Assembly (NCBI GenBank): GCA_002269645.1
Contig: NIVC01004818.1
Location: 1 to 34,240, forward strand
Source: Macrostomum lignano
Taxonomy: Eukaryota
Length of the DNA stretch: 34,240 nucleotides
Direction of reading: 5' to 3'
The notes beneath the pieces were generated by a model. That model was not told where the DNA came from. It ran no database searches and saw nothing but the letters and a program-made list of their open reading frames with translations. Within the stretch, counting starts at the first letter, position 1. The number at the start of each line of letters is the position of its first letter. Shown here piece by piece: positions 23,146 to 34,240 of this stretch. Position numbers and translations under genes: made by a program.

Positions 23146-23509
23146 GGAATAATTTTGTTAATTATTTTGTTAATTATTATCCCACTGGAATAATCATGTC
23201 TGTCCATGGGACAAACATGGAATTTTTTTGACCTGAAAACTTTGTACTTTTAATTGGATCGACCGTTATGCATGCATAGCAGTTTCTGCTTCAAAATGCA
23301 TCAGCGAAATAGGGAAGTTTTCAGTGTTTTAGCAATACACCTCTTCTAGTTCCGAATTTGCTGTTTGCGGCAACGCTAGATCAAACACAACAGTTCAAAC
23401 ACAGATTTCGTAAAGATTTGCTATTTTGCTATACTGTATTCTGAAAAATATACAGTAAGATTGCCGACATTCTGCTCCAGTTGGCTGGGGTACAGGACAC
23501 ACACACACA

Positions 23510-23887
23510 CTACACTAATTCGTCGCTGCAGTAATCACTCGACCGTCTTGGCGGCCGGGCTTTGGCCAGCGCCCTGGCCCGGCTGAGCTCCTCCTCAGAT
23601 GCCGACTGAATAAGGAAGGTCCGATTGAACGAGCGCCACCGTCTGCACAAGCCGAAGTAGGTGCGGCACTGCACGTACATGAATACTGTGCCGCCGGTGA
23701 AGCCGATGGCTACAACTACCAGCTTAGTCCAGAACGGCCACTCCAGCTTGCCCGAGTTGATCTCGGCGCTGGTCTTCTCTATTAGCACGTATAGGGACCA
23801 GATCACGCAGGTGAGCGCGATGATGTGAAATGAGACGCTGCAGATTATCTTGCGCCGCTCTAGTGAGCTAATGTCCAGCTTTCGCCA
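23510..23887 (-). CDS. MARCH8: MARCH1/8-type E3 ligase, last exon (two TM helices)
   Basis: ccgcag|[36 protein letters not shown]...[27 protein letters not shown]...*, closely matching the conserved MARCH1/8 TM region. Cannot distinguish MARCH1 from MARCH8. Confidence 0.93.
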   Translation of the reverse strand, partial: WRKLDISSLERRKIICSVSFHIIALTCVIWSLYVLIEKTSAEINSGKLEWPFWTKLVVVAIGFTGGTVFMYVQCRTYFGLCRRWRSFNRTFLIQSASEEELSRARALAKARPPRRSSDYCSDELV

Positions 23888-23984
23888 CTGCGGAATTGGA
23901 GAGTTTCATCCTATTAGTACTCTAGTTTTATTGAGAAAATGAGCTGGGATTAGTGAACTGGGAGTCAGGGATGAAGCTGGTTGG

Positions 23985-24445
23985 CTGTCAGGGTCGGATA
24001 GGGATGGATTCTGATTGGCTTTCAGGGTCGGTTAGGGATGGATTCTGATTGGCTGGCAGGGTTGGATAGGGATGGATTCTGATTGGCTGACAGGGTCGGA
24101 TAGGGATGGATTCTGATTGTCTGGCAGGGTCGGATAGGGATGAATTCTGATTGGCTGAAGGGTCGGATTGGGACGAAGCTGATTGGCTGTCAGGGTCGGA
24201 TAGGGACGAAGCTGATTGGTTGTCAGGGTCGGGTCGGATAGGGACGAAGCTGATTGGTTGTCAGGGTCGGGTCGGATAGGGACGAAGCTCATTGGCTGAC
24301 AGGTCGGATAGGGACTAATCTTATTGGCTGACAGGATCGGATAGAGATGGATTCTGATTGGCTGATAGGGTCGAACAGGGGTAGGTTCTGATTGGCTAAC
24401 AGGGTTGGATAGGGGTAGATTCTGATTGGCTGACAGGGTCGGATA
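23985..24445. repeat. ~34-bp minisatellite in the MARCH intron (gggtcggatagggatggattctgattggctgaca)
   Basis: Read directly. Fills most of intron 23888-24496. Confidence 0.93.
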
Positions 24446-24496
24446 AAAATATGTTAATTGACAGGTACGTAGGAAGGGTTAAGACATATTTCTCAC

Positions 24497-24837
24497 CTCG
24501 CTAATCGGCTTAGTAGTGACCCGCATAACAAAGCCAAATTTGCACAATTCACAAACTTTAATATCCTGCGATTTAACCCAGTGCTGCAGGCAGTCTCTGT
24601 GCACGTATTTTAAAGAGCCGGAGCACAGACAGGGCGATATAAGCGGATTATCGCCGGCCGGATCAGTGTCCGGACAGTGACAGATTCGGCAGATGTCAGC
24701 CTGAGAGTCGGCGGTATCTGGTGAGACACCGGCAGACACCGGCAACTGATGCTGATAGTGCTGAAGATGCAGCGGCTGCGGAAGGGTTGGAACGGGTGAT
24801 ACAAACTGTGCCATCAGCAATTTTTCAGTCGAGCTGG
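24497..24837 (-). CDS. MARCH8: MARCH1/8-type E3 ligase, RING-CH exon
   Basis: DICRICHC...NPLISPCLCSGSLKYVHRDCLQHWVK...CELCK (C4HC3). Donor gag|gtgaga at 24497/24496. Candidate acceptor at 24839-24838; in-frame ATG at 24814. Confidence 0.93.
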
Positions 24838-25029
24838 CTGACGGGAAAACATGTCGCACAGGGATACTGACAATATAGTAATAATAATAATTGATCACAC
24901 CTGACCCAATTGAGCCAGATGTGCAACCGACAGCTCAGCCGCAGCATTCGCGCGGCGCATCTGAAGGCTGCGTACGGCTGTTCAGTCCATGGACTGGGGG
25001 GTCGCCACACACCCTCAATTACCCCAGCT

Positions 25030-25183
25030 AATGCTGGCACCCATTTTACAGCTGGGTGAACTGAAGCAATGCAGAGTTAAGTGCAAAGTTCTCAAGGACA
25101 CAAATTAGACCAGAAGGATCGGGAATCGAACCCCCGACCTTTAAGTCGTGAGTCCGACGCTACAACCCCCCTGGCACAACGCC
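25030..25183 (-). mobile_element. tRNA-derived SINE with a CORE-like central domain
   Basis: The minus strand has ggttgtagcgtcggactcacgacttaaaggtcgggggttcgattcccg (B box). The plus strand cccattttacagctgggtgaactgaagcaatgcagagttaag...ctcaaggacaca resembles the reverse MIR/CORE consensus as I recall it. Confidence 0.6.
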
Positions 25184-25914
25184 TTCGGCGAAATCATCGC
25201 ACAAACCAGCGCCGACGGCTATTCTGCCCATTCCGCAGACATGATAATAAAAAGCGTTCTAAATTTTGTAACTTCGATTTAGCTAAATACAAATTTGCTA
25301 AAAGCTACAAGTACTGCAACATTTTGTTAAAAAGATCGCTAGACTAAAATGTGCGCTGTTACAAACGAGCAGCAGAATTTAATGCTAATTTATTCTAGTC
25401 AGACATGAGAACGCGACATACAGCTTCAGTTATTAGGCAGTGCGACAGTTAAATTGCTAACCGAAGTTTTTCTAAAAGTATTAGAGTCTGCAATTTGGAC
25501 AAAAATTATTACCCAACAGGCCAATTATATAGCGCGAGGAAAATTAGCGAACAGCTTGTTGTCGAGTGGTTAGTTATCAACAATTAAAACGTCAACTGCT
25601 AGACTTAAACAGCCTATCGTGAGATGCCTCACACAAAGGACATACTACTAGAGTATAATGCTTAGTAGTATCAAAAATTTGTTCTTTTTTTCTTGCTTTC
25701 TATTTGTGCCTTGAATTCACAAATCGTGATCATTTAAAAGCAGTAAACGATTAATTTATGTCTCAGTATCTTTTAATTTAGAACAGTGGTTGGAAAACTC
25801 CGGACCGCAAAGCCTCTCTATCCGACCATGGGGTCCTTTGAAACTTCACAATAGCAATCCGGCCCGCTAAAGGTTTGTGGCTATTCTAAGCTCTCTACTC
25901 TCTAATTCCTTCTC

Positions 25915-26600
25915 TCCACTCTCATATCTCTCATCTCTTCTCTTCTCTCTTATCTGTACCATATCTCTCATCTGCTTCTCTTCTTTCCTTTCTTATCTGT
26001 ACCATATCTCTCATCTGCTTCTCTTCTTTCCTCTCTTATCTGTACGATATCTCTCATCCGCTTCTCTTCTTTCCTCTCGTATCTGTACCATATCTCTCAT
26101 CTGCTTCTCTTCTTTCCTCTCTTATCTGTACCATATCTCTCATCTGCTTCTATTCTTTCCTCTCTTATCTGTACCATATCTCTCATCTGCTTCTATTCTT
26201 TCCTCTCTTATCTGTACCATATCTCTCATCTGCTTCTCTTCTTCCTCTCTTATCTGTACCATATCTCTCATCTGCTTCTCTTCTTTCCTCTCTTATCTGT
26301 ACCATATCTCTCATCCGCTTCTCTTCTTTCCTCTCGTATCTGTACCATATCTCTCATCTGCTTCTCTTCTTTCCTCTCTTATCTGTACCATATCTCTCAT
26401 CTGCTTCTATTCTTTCCTCTCTTATCTGTACCATATCTCTCATCTGCTTCTCTTCTTTCCTCTCTTATCTGTACCATATCTCTCATCTGCTTCTCTTCTT
26501 TCCTTTCTTATCTGTACCATATCTCTCATCTGCTTCTCTTCTTTCCTTTCTTATCTGTACCATATCGCTCATCTGCTTCTCTTCTTTCCTCTCTCTCATT
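25915..26600. repeat. ~43-bp pyrimidine-rich minisatellite (tctcttatctgtaccatatctctcatctgcttctcttctttcc)
   Basis: Read directly. Confidence 0.95.
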
Positions 26601-26840
26601 TCATTCTCTTCTCTTGTCTTTCTCTCCTCTCATTTTTCTCCTCTCCTCTTTCTTCTTTTCACTCCTCTCCCATCCTCTTCGATTTCATCCCTCCCTCCGC
26701 GATTCTCGGCCACGAGGACCAACCCCAAAGGCACAGAGAGTGTACATGCCTGACGATTGGAAGTCAGGGCCCCTGCGAGAGCATGTGTGTGCTCAAAATA
26801 AGTACACAGCTTAGATAACTAAACAAAAAACCAGACTCAC

Positions 26841-27218
26841 CGCGCATTCAGCAGAGCCGGTAGCCATATGTTGCTGCTGGTCGCACAGCTGCGAGGACGG
26901 CGAGCGGCAGTGCCAGACAACAAGCGGACAGCCTTCTTGAATACCGCTGCCAACGCCACCGCAGGCGTCCAACAGATCCGAGGTGCTGGTGGCCGCCTGC
27001 TGACTACTGGGCAGCACAGTGGAGGTGGCGCGCTCTTCCCTAGCCGCGGACAACATCAGCTGATCATTGCCGCTAGATGCGCTCTGTCCAACCGAACTAC
27101 TGACAGTAGCATTAGGAATCAGTTGTTGAACATCTTCGCAGCTTTGAGCAGAGCGGAGCAACCCACTGGCTTGATGATGATGAGACTGCTGCTGCTGCTG
27201 CTGCTGCTGCAGCTCCAT
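26841..27218 (-). CDS. Gln/Ser-rich exon, candidate first coding exon of the MARCH gene
   Basis: ATG at 27218: MELQQQQQQQQSHHHQ...GSAECA|gtgagt (strong donor). It ends in phase 0, whereas the best RING-exon acceptor needs phase 1. Confidence 0.45.
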
Positions 27219-27939
27219 GGCCAACTAATAATGGACTTGGCGCTTGGCAGAGTGTCCAATGAAAGACAAGAGCAAAGTTGGCCAGGAAGGCTGTAGAAAA
27301 GTGGTAACTTTTAGAGTTTCATTGTAACTCTGGATACAGATATGGTTACAGGAGCACATATTTCCATATCTAGTTCCTGCATCTAAGCCACTCAAAAACT
27401 TGTAAGACTTGAGACATAAAAGACTATTGGAGCCATTGAGTTGATTGGTGGGGGTAGAGCAGTGAAAAAGTTTTAGAAATGAATCAATGTTGCTGGTTTC
27501 AAAGCTTTTGTGAGGTGAGCTTTTAAGTCCCTAGGGGCTAGGGCTAAGGACTTAAGCAACAAGGACTTTTGATGCCATATGCCCATTGTACGATAGGGAT
27601 GGTTGAGACTAATGTTAAAATATGGTTTTTTCACTGTCAATATGAGGGAAGCTCTTAAATTCATGGGCTTGGGGACTTAAACAGAAGAGATATTCTATCT
27701 GATGCCACATACACATTGTACTCGTAGTTGGGATAGTAAGGGCTCAAGTTAAGATAAATTGACTTTAGTGGTATGCAATAGTAGCCATAGACTTGAAATG
27801 GTGACCTGCCTTTCTAAAACTATTCAATTGCTTGTTTATTACAATTCTATTACTTTTCTGCTAATATTTGTATGCTTAATATGTATTGTAAATTAAACAA
27901 AAAACTTTTGAAAATACTATTTATTACTTTTATACATGC

Positions 27940-28091
27940 GCAACCTTAGGAATCACTCAGCTGTTTCTATTGGCGACACACACATGTAAGTTGCTATTGG
28001 CTAAGAGCAGTCACGTGACTACTATTTCATCCAATAACAACTTACATGTATGTGTTGCCAATAGAAACAGCCAGGTGAATCCCTAGGTTGC
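27940..28091. repeat. ~150-bp inverted repeat (about 60-bp arms) with central palindrome agtcacgtgact
   Basis: Arm gctgtttctattggcgacacacacatgtaagttgctattgg pairs with ccaataacaacttacatgtatgtgttgccaatagaaacagc. Palindrome at 28009-28020. Confidence 0.9.
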
Positions 28092-28973
28092 ACCCAAGCA
28101 TGATTACTTTTTGTGGTTATGACTAAGATTATAATTAATCAAGCTACAGTTTATTCAAAGGCCTAAAACAAAAAAAAATCCCATTATTTTCAAAATAAAC
28201 TTTGTATTGACAACTGTATTTTAATATTTTTTTCATGTATCATTTTCTAATGTAGGCTTTTTGTCTATATTTAATTATCAATAATAGTTTATATTTATTG
28301 CATTATGTTATATACTATTCCATGTTTTATATCAAATACAATGGACATAGCATATCTTATGTTGCATCTACTCCACACTCCAGATCATGTAATATACACC
28401 CAAAAATTTGGGTGTGCATTGGCCTTGCATGCCAAAATAAGCATGCATAGTTGGTGTGCATTACTCCTAAGAAAATAGTATGCATGCACACTGCATGGCT
28501 GGCATACACTTCATAGAATCATGCGGAAGAGTTATTGTGTAGTAGAAAAGAAATGAAAAAAGGTTCATTTTTAAGCATAAATTTCAAGTTTTCCAGGTTT
28601 TTAAAGCTTGTAATAAAGTATTTAAACAAATCTTTGCATGTATTGTTTTTTCATTATGAATATTATCATTGAAAAGGCAAAAAATTAACTAAATTATTTG
28701 CCAAAAAGGTTCATTGCACAATTTAGAAAAGGTTTTTTATTGTCACAATGTAAAAAAAGGTCAATTTTTGTCACAACACCTCATAGTTTTGAGAATAGGC
28801 ATGCATTCAATTTTTTTGGCATACATTTGTAATTATTTGATTTTTGTTTAGGGCCTAGGCATGTACCCAGTATGATCTAATGATCTAGACTATGGCATCT
28901 GCTAAGGTAAGATATTAGCCTAGGAATGCTTCTATGTAATAGAATTTTCCTAGCAAAAAGATATCATCTAAGG

Positions 28974-29694
28974 TAGTGATGGATCAAAATTCGATTTTGA
29001 TTTCGATATTCTGAATTTTGAAACCAATTTTGCATTGAAATAATTTCGATTTCAATTTTGAATTTAAACACCATTCATCGAAAATCATTTCAAAATTTTG
29101 ATTATATTTTAACTATTTAGACATTGATGATCATGCTACACGAGTAAGAAAATCTATAGGAAGTGAAATGAAGTGCAGTTCAAAGTGAGAATTGTCTTTT
29201 CTACAAGAAAGGATTGTGCGGGGCACACTGCACACACTGTTCCAGGCCTTGTGCTGCACCCACCTCATCCTCCACAAGCCCACTGGCTGAACTCATCGGC
29301 ATGGATTTTAATTGGCTAAAGACTTAAAGCCTTAATGAAATGGATATAGGCTACTCGTATCTAGATCTTCAGCTTAAACAGCGGTGAAGTATAATACAAC
29401 TTCTATTATATTTCTATGTGGACGAGTGTATAATACATAATACACCAGCATTTTCTATTTCTTATTTTTAAAGTAAGTTAAATCTTAAGTATTCTGGTTT
29501 AAACATATCAAAGATACTTTTTATAAAACATGTAAGCTCATACATGCAGAGGCAAGGTATTAACCTTTTTGCATAGTGAACAAGTAAAAATTTGTTAAGC
29601 TCAAAAATTTTGATTTCAATTTCAATTTCGATTCTAAGGAACCAAAAATTTCGATTTTGATTTTGATTTAAAAAATAATTTTGATCCATCACTA
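28974..29694. mobile_element. hAT-like non-autonomous DNA transposon (721 bp) with 18-bp TIRs and an 8-bp TSD
   Basis: tagtgatggatcaaaatt at 28974 and its reverse complement at 29677-29694. TSD atctaagg at 28966-28973 and 29695-29702. Subterminal ttcgatttt repeats at both ends. Confidence 0.9.
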
Positions 29695-30126
29695 ATCTAA
29701 GGTATAGCTATAGTTGAAATAACCTAATAACCATTAATAACTAATAATATATATATGAATCCAATAATTGGCCTATGCCTTTAATTAGGCCCCTATAAAA
29801 ATAAGTTTGTTTATTTATTGCCATTTATTAAAGTAAATGTTTTATTTTCTTTGTCTCTAGAAATTAAAGTAAATCAAAGCTACAAACACAAAGCCATAAC
29901 CAAAATTACATAAATTCAAATGTGAATTTTGAATAAAAAATTTTTCATCTCTAACAAACTATTTACTACTTGTAATTGTAAAAGTATTTGACCATTTGAT
30001 TTTTGATTCAAAATTCTTATCAAAATGATTTACATTGCCTGCTAAAATTATATATCAAACATCACAATATCATATATATCAACAACCTAAACTTTGAACT
30101 CAGGAACTTATGAACCTGAACAAAAA

Positions 30127-31137
30127 GCTGAACTTTGCATGTACTTCGCATACATTTTTCAAAGCTGCATTCAGTTAAAATTAGATAATCTCTAATGTAA
30201 GCTAAAGATGCCTTTATAAGGGAGGTCAGACTTTTTTTAGCAGTCGTTCTATCATTTGCTTGTAGAAAAAATGGCTGTTAAGCCTACTCTTTTATTGGCA
30301 TTGTATACAATTTCGTCTGCTCTACTATTCATTTACATAGCAGCAAAGTTTTACATGTATAACTGCTCTGGAGTCTGGACAGCTGGTCAATACTCAATAG
30401 ACAATAGGCCTACCGGCTACCTAGGCTATTGCATAGATAGATGCAACAGATATTTATTAAACCACATTAACTATTTAAAAAGGAACTAAAATCAGCAGTC
30501 AAGACACCGTGTTCATGGTATGACGAGTATTAGTTCGAGTTTCGAAATCGAGAATTATGTGGATATGGCCTTTGTTCAATTCAAATGGGCATCATCAGCA
30601 TCGGCAACAACAAAGACTGTTAGATTTCTCGGAAAAAACAGTAGAATTAAAAGTTTAAGTCCTCTATTTAATTCGAGAGAAGAGGCAATAGAATCGTATT
30701 TTTAAATATATTTTGTGGCTTCAAAATATTTAAAGTTGATGCAGCAGTACTATAAATACAATTTATCTAGTCAGTTTGTTTTAACTCGACTTTGTTCTGA
30801 TATAGCTGGATCAAGATGTAACTTAGATAAGTTAACATACAGGCCCGTACATCCCCAGTTCAGTTGTAAGACCCTGAGCAACTAAGAAGTAAAAGCAGAA
30901 ATCAGCAGACGCTATGCATGGAAGTAGTTTGATTGATCTGCACAAGGTGATTTTAAAAATATTAAATTGCTGTTTTAACTACATGTAAGATTCGCTGATC
31001 TTCATGAAAACGTGATTTTTTGCGGCTCGAACAGGCTCATTACATGTACATGTGGCGCTGAACTTTGCGTGTACTTCGCATACATTTTTCAAAGCTGCAT
31101 TCAGTTAAAATTAGATAATCTCTAATGTAAGCTAAAG
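30127..31137 (+). repeat. Pair of 81-bp direct repeats (30127-30207 and 31057-31137)
   Basis: gctgaactttgcRtgtacttcgc...ctctaatgtaagctaaag, with one mismatch. Confidence 0.92.
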
Positions 31138-31339
31138 CTACGATCCAAAACTAGCGCTGTAGTTAAATAATTAAAAGCATGTAAGCGAAAACAAATGATT
31201 GTTTTATACTTCAATTTGTTCTGTACACAATTTCGTATTTGTAACTGCGTATTATTAATCTATGTACCAAAGGAATCTATGCACCAGTGAAAATATGCTC
31301 CGACATCACACAAAACTCAAACAAATTTAGATCAATCAA

Positions 31340-32185
31340 TCATGTTAACAAACGCATGAAGACAATTGAAAATGCGGAAAAAAAGTACTTGCAATTCAGC
31401 TGACAGCGCATCGTTGCGCAACAGTCGACGCACCAGTTGCCATTGTCGTAGTAGGCCTCGATCAGTTGGAACAGGCCGCTATCTGTGCACAGCTGGTCTA
31501 ATTCGCCTTCAACAAACAAGTGATAGAAGCGCAATCGTTCGTCTGATCGCTGCGCCAAGGCACCAGCATGTCGGCAGATTTGAATTCGGAGCCGGGCCGA
31601 TGAACGCCCAGACCCGTGCGGGCATCGCGAACCAACTGTTCCCCTCTCTGTCCGGCATCGTCAGACTCCTCTGGCTTCTTTAAGTAGGCCGATGCTTTGC
31701 CATTGCGCCGCTGCTCCATAGCCCACACGTAGATTAGAATCGGCGCGTTAGGCCTGCTGACGCGGGCCAGCTCCTTAATAGCGGCTAACCGGCGCTCCCT
31801 AGTACTCAAATGATGCAATACGGCAATGCACACGGCCGCATCGAATACGGCATTGCGCAATGGTAATTGCAAAGCGTCGGCTTGGAATACCGGCAGGCTG
31901 CGGCTAGCGCACACGGTGCACAGCGCCACGCTGCGATCGCAGCCAATAGCTAGCAGATCCCGCCTAGCCAACATGTTCTTGCCGTTGCCGCAGCCGATGT
32001 CTAAAAGCAGACAGCCTGGCGGCAGGTCCGCTAGAAAAGCGGCCACGCGGGGCCAGCGCGAGTGCCGGGTGTCGCTGAAATGATCGGCGATGGAGTCGTA
32101 CACTGAGTGTACGAACTCGCGCTCAAGGCTGGCTGGATCTAGAGCCTGCTGTTGCTGAGTTGGCTGGCTCTCGGCGGGGCTGAGG
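31340..32185 (-). CDS. ALKBH8: ALKBH8 last exon: Trm9-type SAM-dependent tRNA wobble-uridine methyltransferase domain (frameshifted near 31545; exact stop uncertain, 31340 or 31396)
   Basis: LEREFVHSVYDSIADHFSDTRH, DIGCGNGK, GCDRS, IAVLHH, IYVWAMEQ, DMLVPW, then in another frame RFYHLFVEGEL...YYDNGNWCV. Acceptor ttccag| at 32187-32186 in phase 2. Confidence 0.9.
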
Positions 32186-32734
32186 CTGGAATTGCAGGTA
32201 CGAGTCATGGCTTAGTCGTAATGGAATCTCGAAATCAAGATTGAAATGGATCAGAGAGCATCAACGTCAATGTGGACATTAATAATTTTTTTAGCATGGC
32301 TATATCATCAGCCTTGAGGTTTGCTCATTATTGAATTTTGATCTGCGACATCCAAGAAATTCAAAAACAGGTGTCCATAGTCACCTGGTGCCAACATATT
32401 GAAGGTCCAGAAGCTCTGTCTGGTTGAAGGCGGGTGAGTAACGAAGTCAGAGCTGATGCAGACACATGGTCAAAGTGCTGATGAAATTTGGAGACTTGGC
32501 AAGGCTGCACTGAGGCGCAGTGCTGATTGGCGTACAGAGGCTGTATTGAATACACTGGCGCTTATGGGAAAATCCAAACTTCCCTTCCAGCAGAATTGTT
32601 GAATATTTATCTAGGCGGTCCGAAAAGCTGGTGACTTGATGGCAGTTTGCAGTTTTAGGGGGCCCCCTACTTTGGTAGTTCTGCGGGCGGAGAAATGGCT
32701 TTGCATTCCTACTGTGTAGAAAATCCGCGAAAGG

Positions 32735-33648
32735 ATGAAGATAATCAGCCATATGATGACGATAATCAGTCATATGATGACGAAAATCAGTCATAAGATA
32801 AAGATAATCAGCCAGAGGATGAAGATAATCAGCCATAAGATAAAGATAATCAGTCATAAGATAAAGATAATCAGCCAGAGGATGAAGATAATCAGCCAGA
32901 GGATGAAGATAATCAGCCAGAGTATGAAGATAATCAGCCAGAGTATGACGAAAATCAGTCATAGGATGAAGATAATCAGCCATAGGATGAAGATAATCAG
33001 CCATATGATGACGATAATCAGTCATAGGATGAAGATAATCAGCCATAAGATAAAGATAATCAGCCATAGGATGAAGATAATCAGCCATAGGATGAAGATA
33101 ATCAGCCATAGGATGAAGATAATCAGTCATAGGATGAAGATAATCAGCCATAAGATAAAGATAATCAGCCATAGGATGAAGATAATCAGCCATAGGATGA
33201 AGATAATCAGCCATAGGATGAAGATAATCAGCCATAAGATAAAGATAATCAGCCATAGGATGAAGATAATCAGCCATAGGATGAAGATAATCAGCCATAG
33301 GATGAAGATAATCAGCCATAGGATGAAGATAATCAGTCATAGGATGAAGATAATCAGCCATAGGATGAAGATAATCAGCCATAAGATAAAGATAATCAGC
33401 CATAGATGAAGATAATCAGCCATAGGATGAAGATAATCAGCCATAGGATGAAGATAATCAGCCATAGGATAAAGATAATCAGCCATAGGATGAAGATAAT
33501 CAGCCATAGGATGAAGATAATCAGCCATAGGATGAAGATAATCAGCCATAGGATGAAGATAATCAGCCATAGGATGAAGATAATCAGCCATAGGATGATG
33601 ATAATCAGTCATAGGATGAAGATAATCAGTCATAGGATGAAGATTATC
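32735..33648. repeat. 21-bp minisatellite in the ALKBH8 intron (gataatcagccataggatgaa)
   Basis: Read directly, within intron 32186-33740. Confidence 0.97.
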
Positions 33649-33740
33649 ACGCATTGGATTATAAGGCTACTAACATTCGGGTAAAGATCACGCAAATTCG
33701 GCTTCGGCACAAAAATATCAGTGGAGGCGAGTTAGCTAAC

Positions 33741-34240
33741 CTAGAAGCACCATCAACGCCTCGATCTTCGTCGCAGACGTCGCCGAAGCCGCATCTGCAC
33801 GGCTGGTTGGATTGCCGAGCTTGCCTAAAGGTTAGCGACACCCGTCGACCTCGCTTAACTAAATCGCAGCCTCCGCTGCTGCTAGCAGAAGCAACCAAGT
33901 CAACCTGGCGCGCCGGAATCTCGTGGCGCCAGACTAGGCGCGCTTCTCCAGTCAGCAGCAGAGCGGATCGAGGCGCAGCGCCAGACAGACGGTGGGCCGG
34001 CCGGGCCGGGTCAATCTGAAAGCGCAGCCGCTGCCCAGACTGACAGACAGAATTGAATCGCCGAAAAGCGGCGTGCGAGTCCACGTGAGCAGCGATGCCG
34101 CCGCCTGGCCTCGTAGACGTTGGCAGTCAGCTGGTCGGGCCTGGGCAGCCAGGCCGGCGTCAGCGATCGGCGACGGTCGCGCAGGCGGGGGGAAGCGGCC
34201 GGTCGGGCAGCGGAGCCAGCCGGTTTCGACCATAGAGAAA
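33741..34240 (-). CDS. ALKBH8: ALKBH8 exon: AlkB/2OG-Fe(II) dioxygenase domain and Cys-rich Zn site (several 1-bp deletions; runs off the window end)
   Basis: Stitching frames gives FLYGRNRL...PDQLTANVYE..GGIAAHVDSHAAF-GDSILSVSLGS...PRSALLLTGEARLVWRHEI...RGRRVSLTFR...PCRCGFGDVCD. HxD, distal H, RxSxTFR and CxCx5C are present. Donor tctag|gttagc is phase 2. Confidence 0.87.

Noticed and set aside
25877-26818. 313-aa hydrophobic ORF resembling a membrane protein
   Set aside because: The hydrophobicity comes from a 43-bp pyrimidine-rich repeat whose unit length is not a multiple of 3.
30127-31137. LTR retrotransposon
   Set aside because: The repeats are only 81 bp, with no TG...CA ends, PBS/PPT or gag/pol remnants.
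4411-33648. CRISPR-like appearance of 21-45-bp repeats
   Set aside because: The units are head-to-tail with no unique spacers, no cas genes are present, and the context is eukaryotic and intronic.
32447-33684. (MADYLHP)n and (MKIISHR)n ORFs
   Set aside because: 21-bp repeat inside the ALKBH8 intron.

Overview
Eukaryotic (invertebrate animal) genomic DNA, not prokaryotic. GC-rich spliced exons are separated by introns packed with minisatellites. This style resembles the flatworm Macrostomum, but that is an inference. The + strand carries the 3' part of a twitchin/UNC-22/projectin giant muscle kinase: 10 exons from 1926 to ~13797 encoding Fn3/Ig domains, the kinase, its regulatory tail and five C-terminal Ig domains. 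It also carries a probable CD225/dispanin-family membrane protein (~18345-18734). The - strand carries a MARCH1/8-type RING-CH E3 ligase (23510-24837, possible 5' exon 26841-27218) and the 3' part of ALKBH8 (AlkB exon 33741-34240, methyltransferase exon ~31340-32185). The most notable finding is an apparently single-exon antisense gene at 105-1607 that the ORF track splits. It lies inside a twitchin intron and encodes signal peptide + 9-aa Thr/Pro repeats + C-terminal transmembrane helix, i.e. a membrane mucin. Also present are about 14 distinct tandem arrays, two MITEs with 8-bp TSDs, a tRNA-derived (CORE-like) SINE pair, a ~150-bp hairpin centred on an E-box palindrome and an 81-bp direct repeat. 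Many single-base deletions in coding regions most likely reflect unpolished long-read errors. There is no CRISPR array, and most long ORFs in the track are artefacts of intronic repeats.
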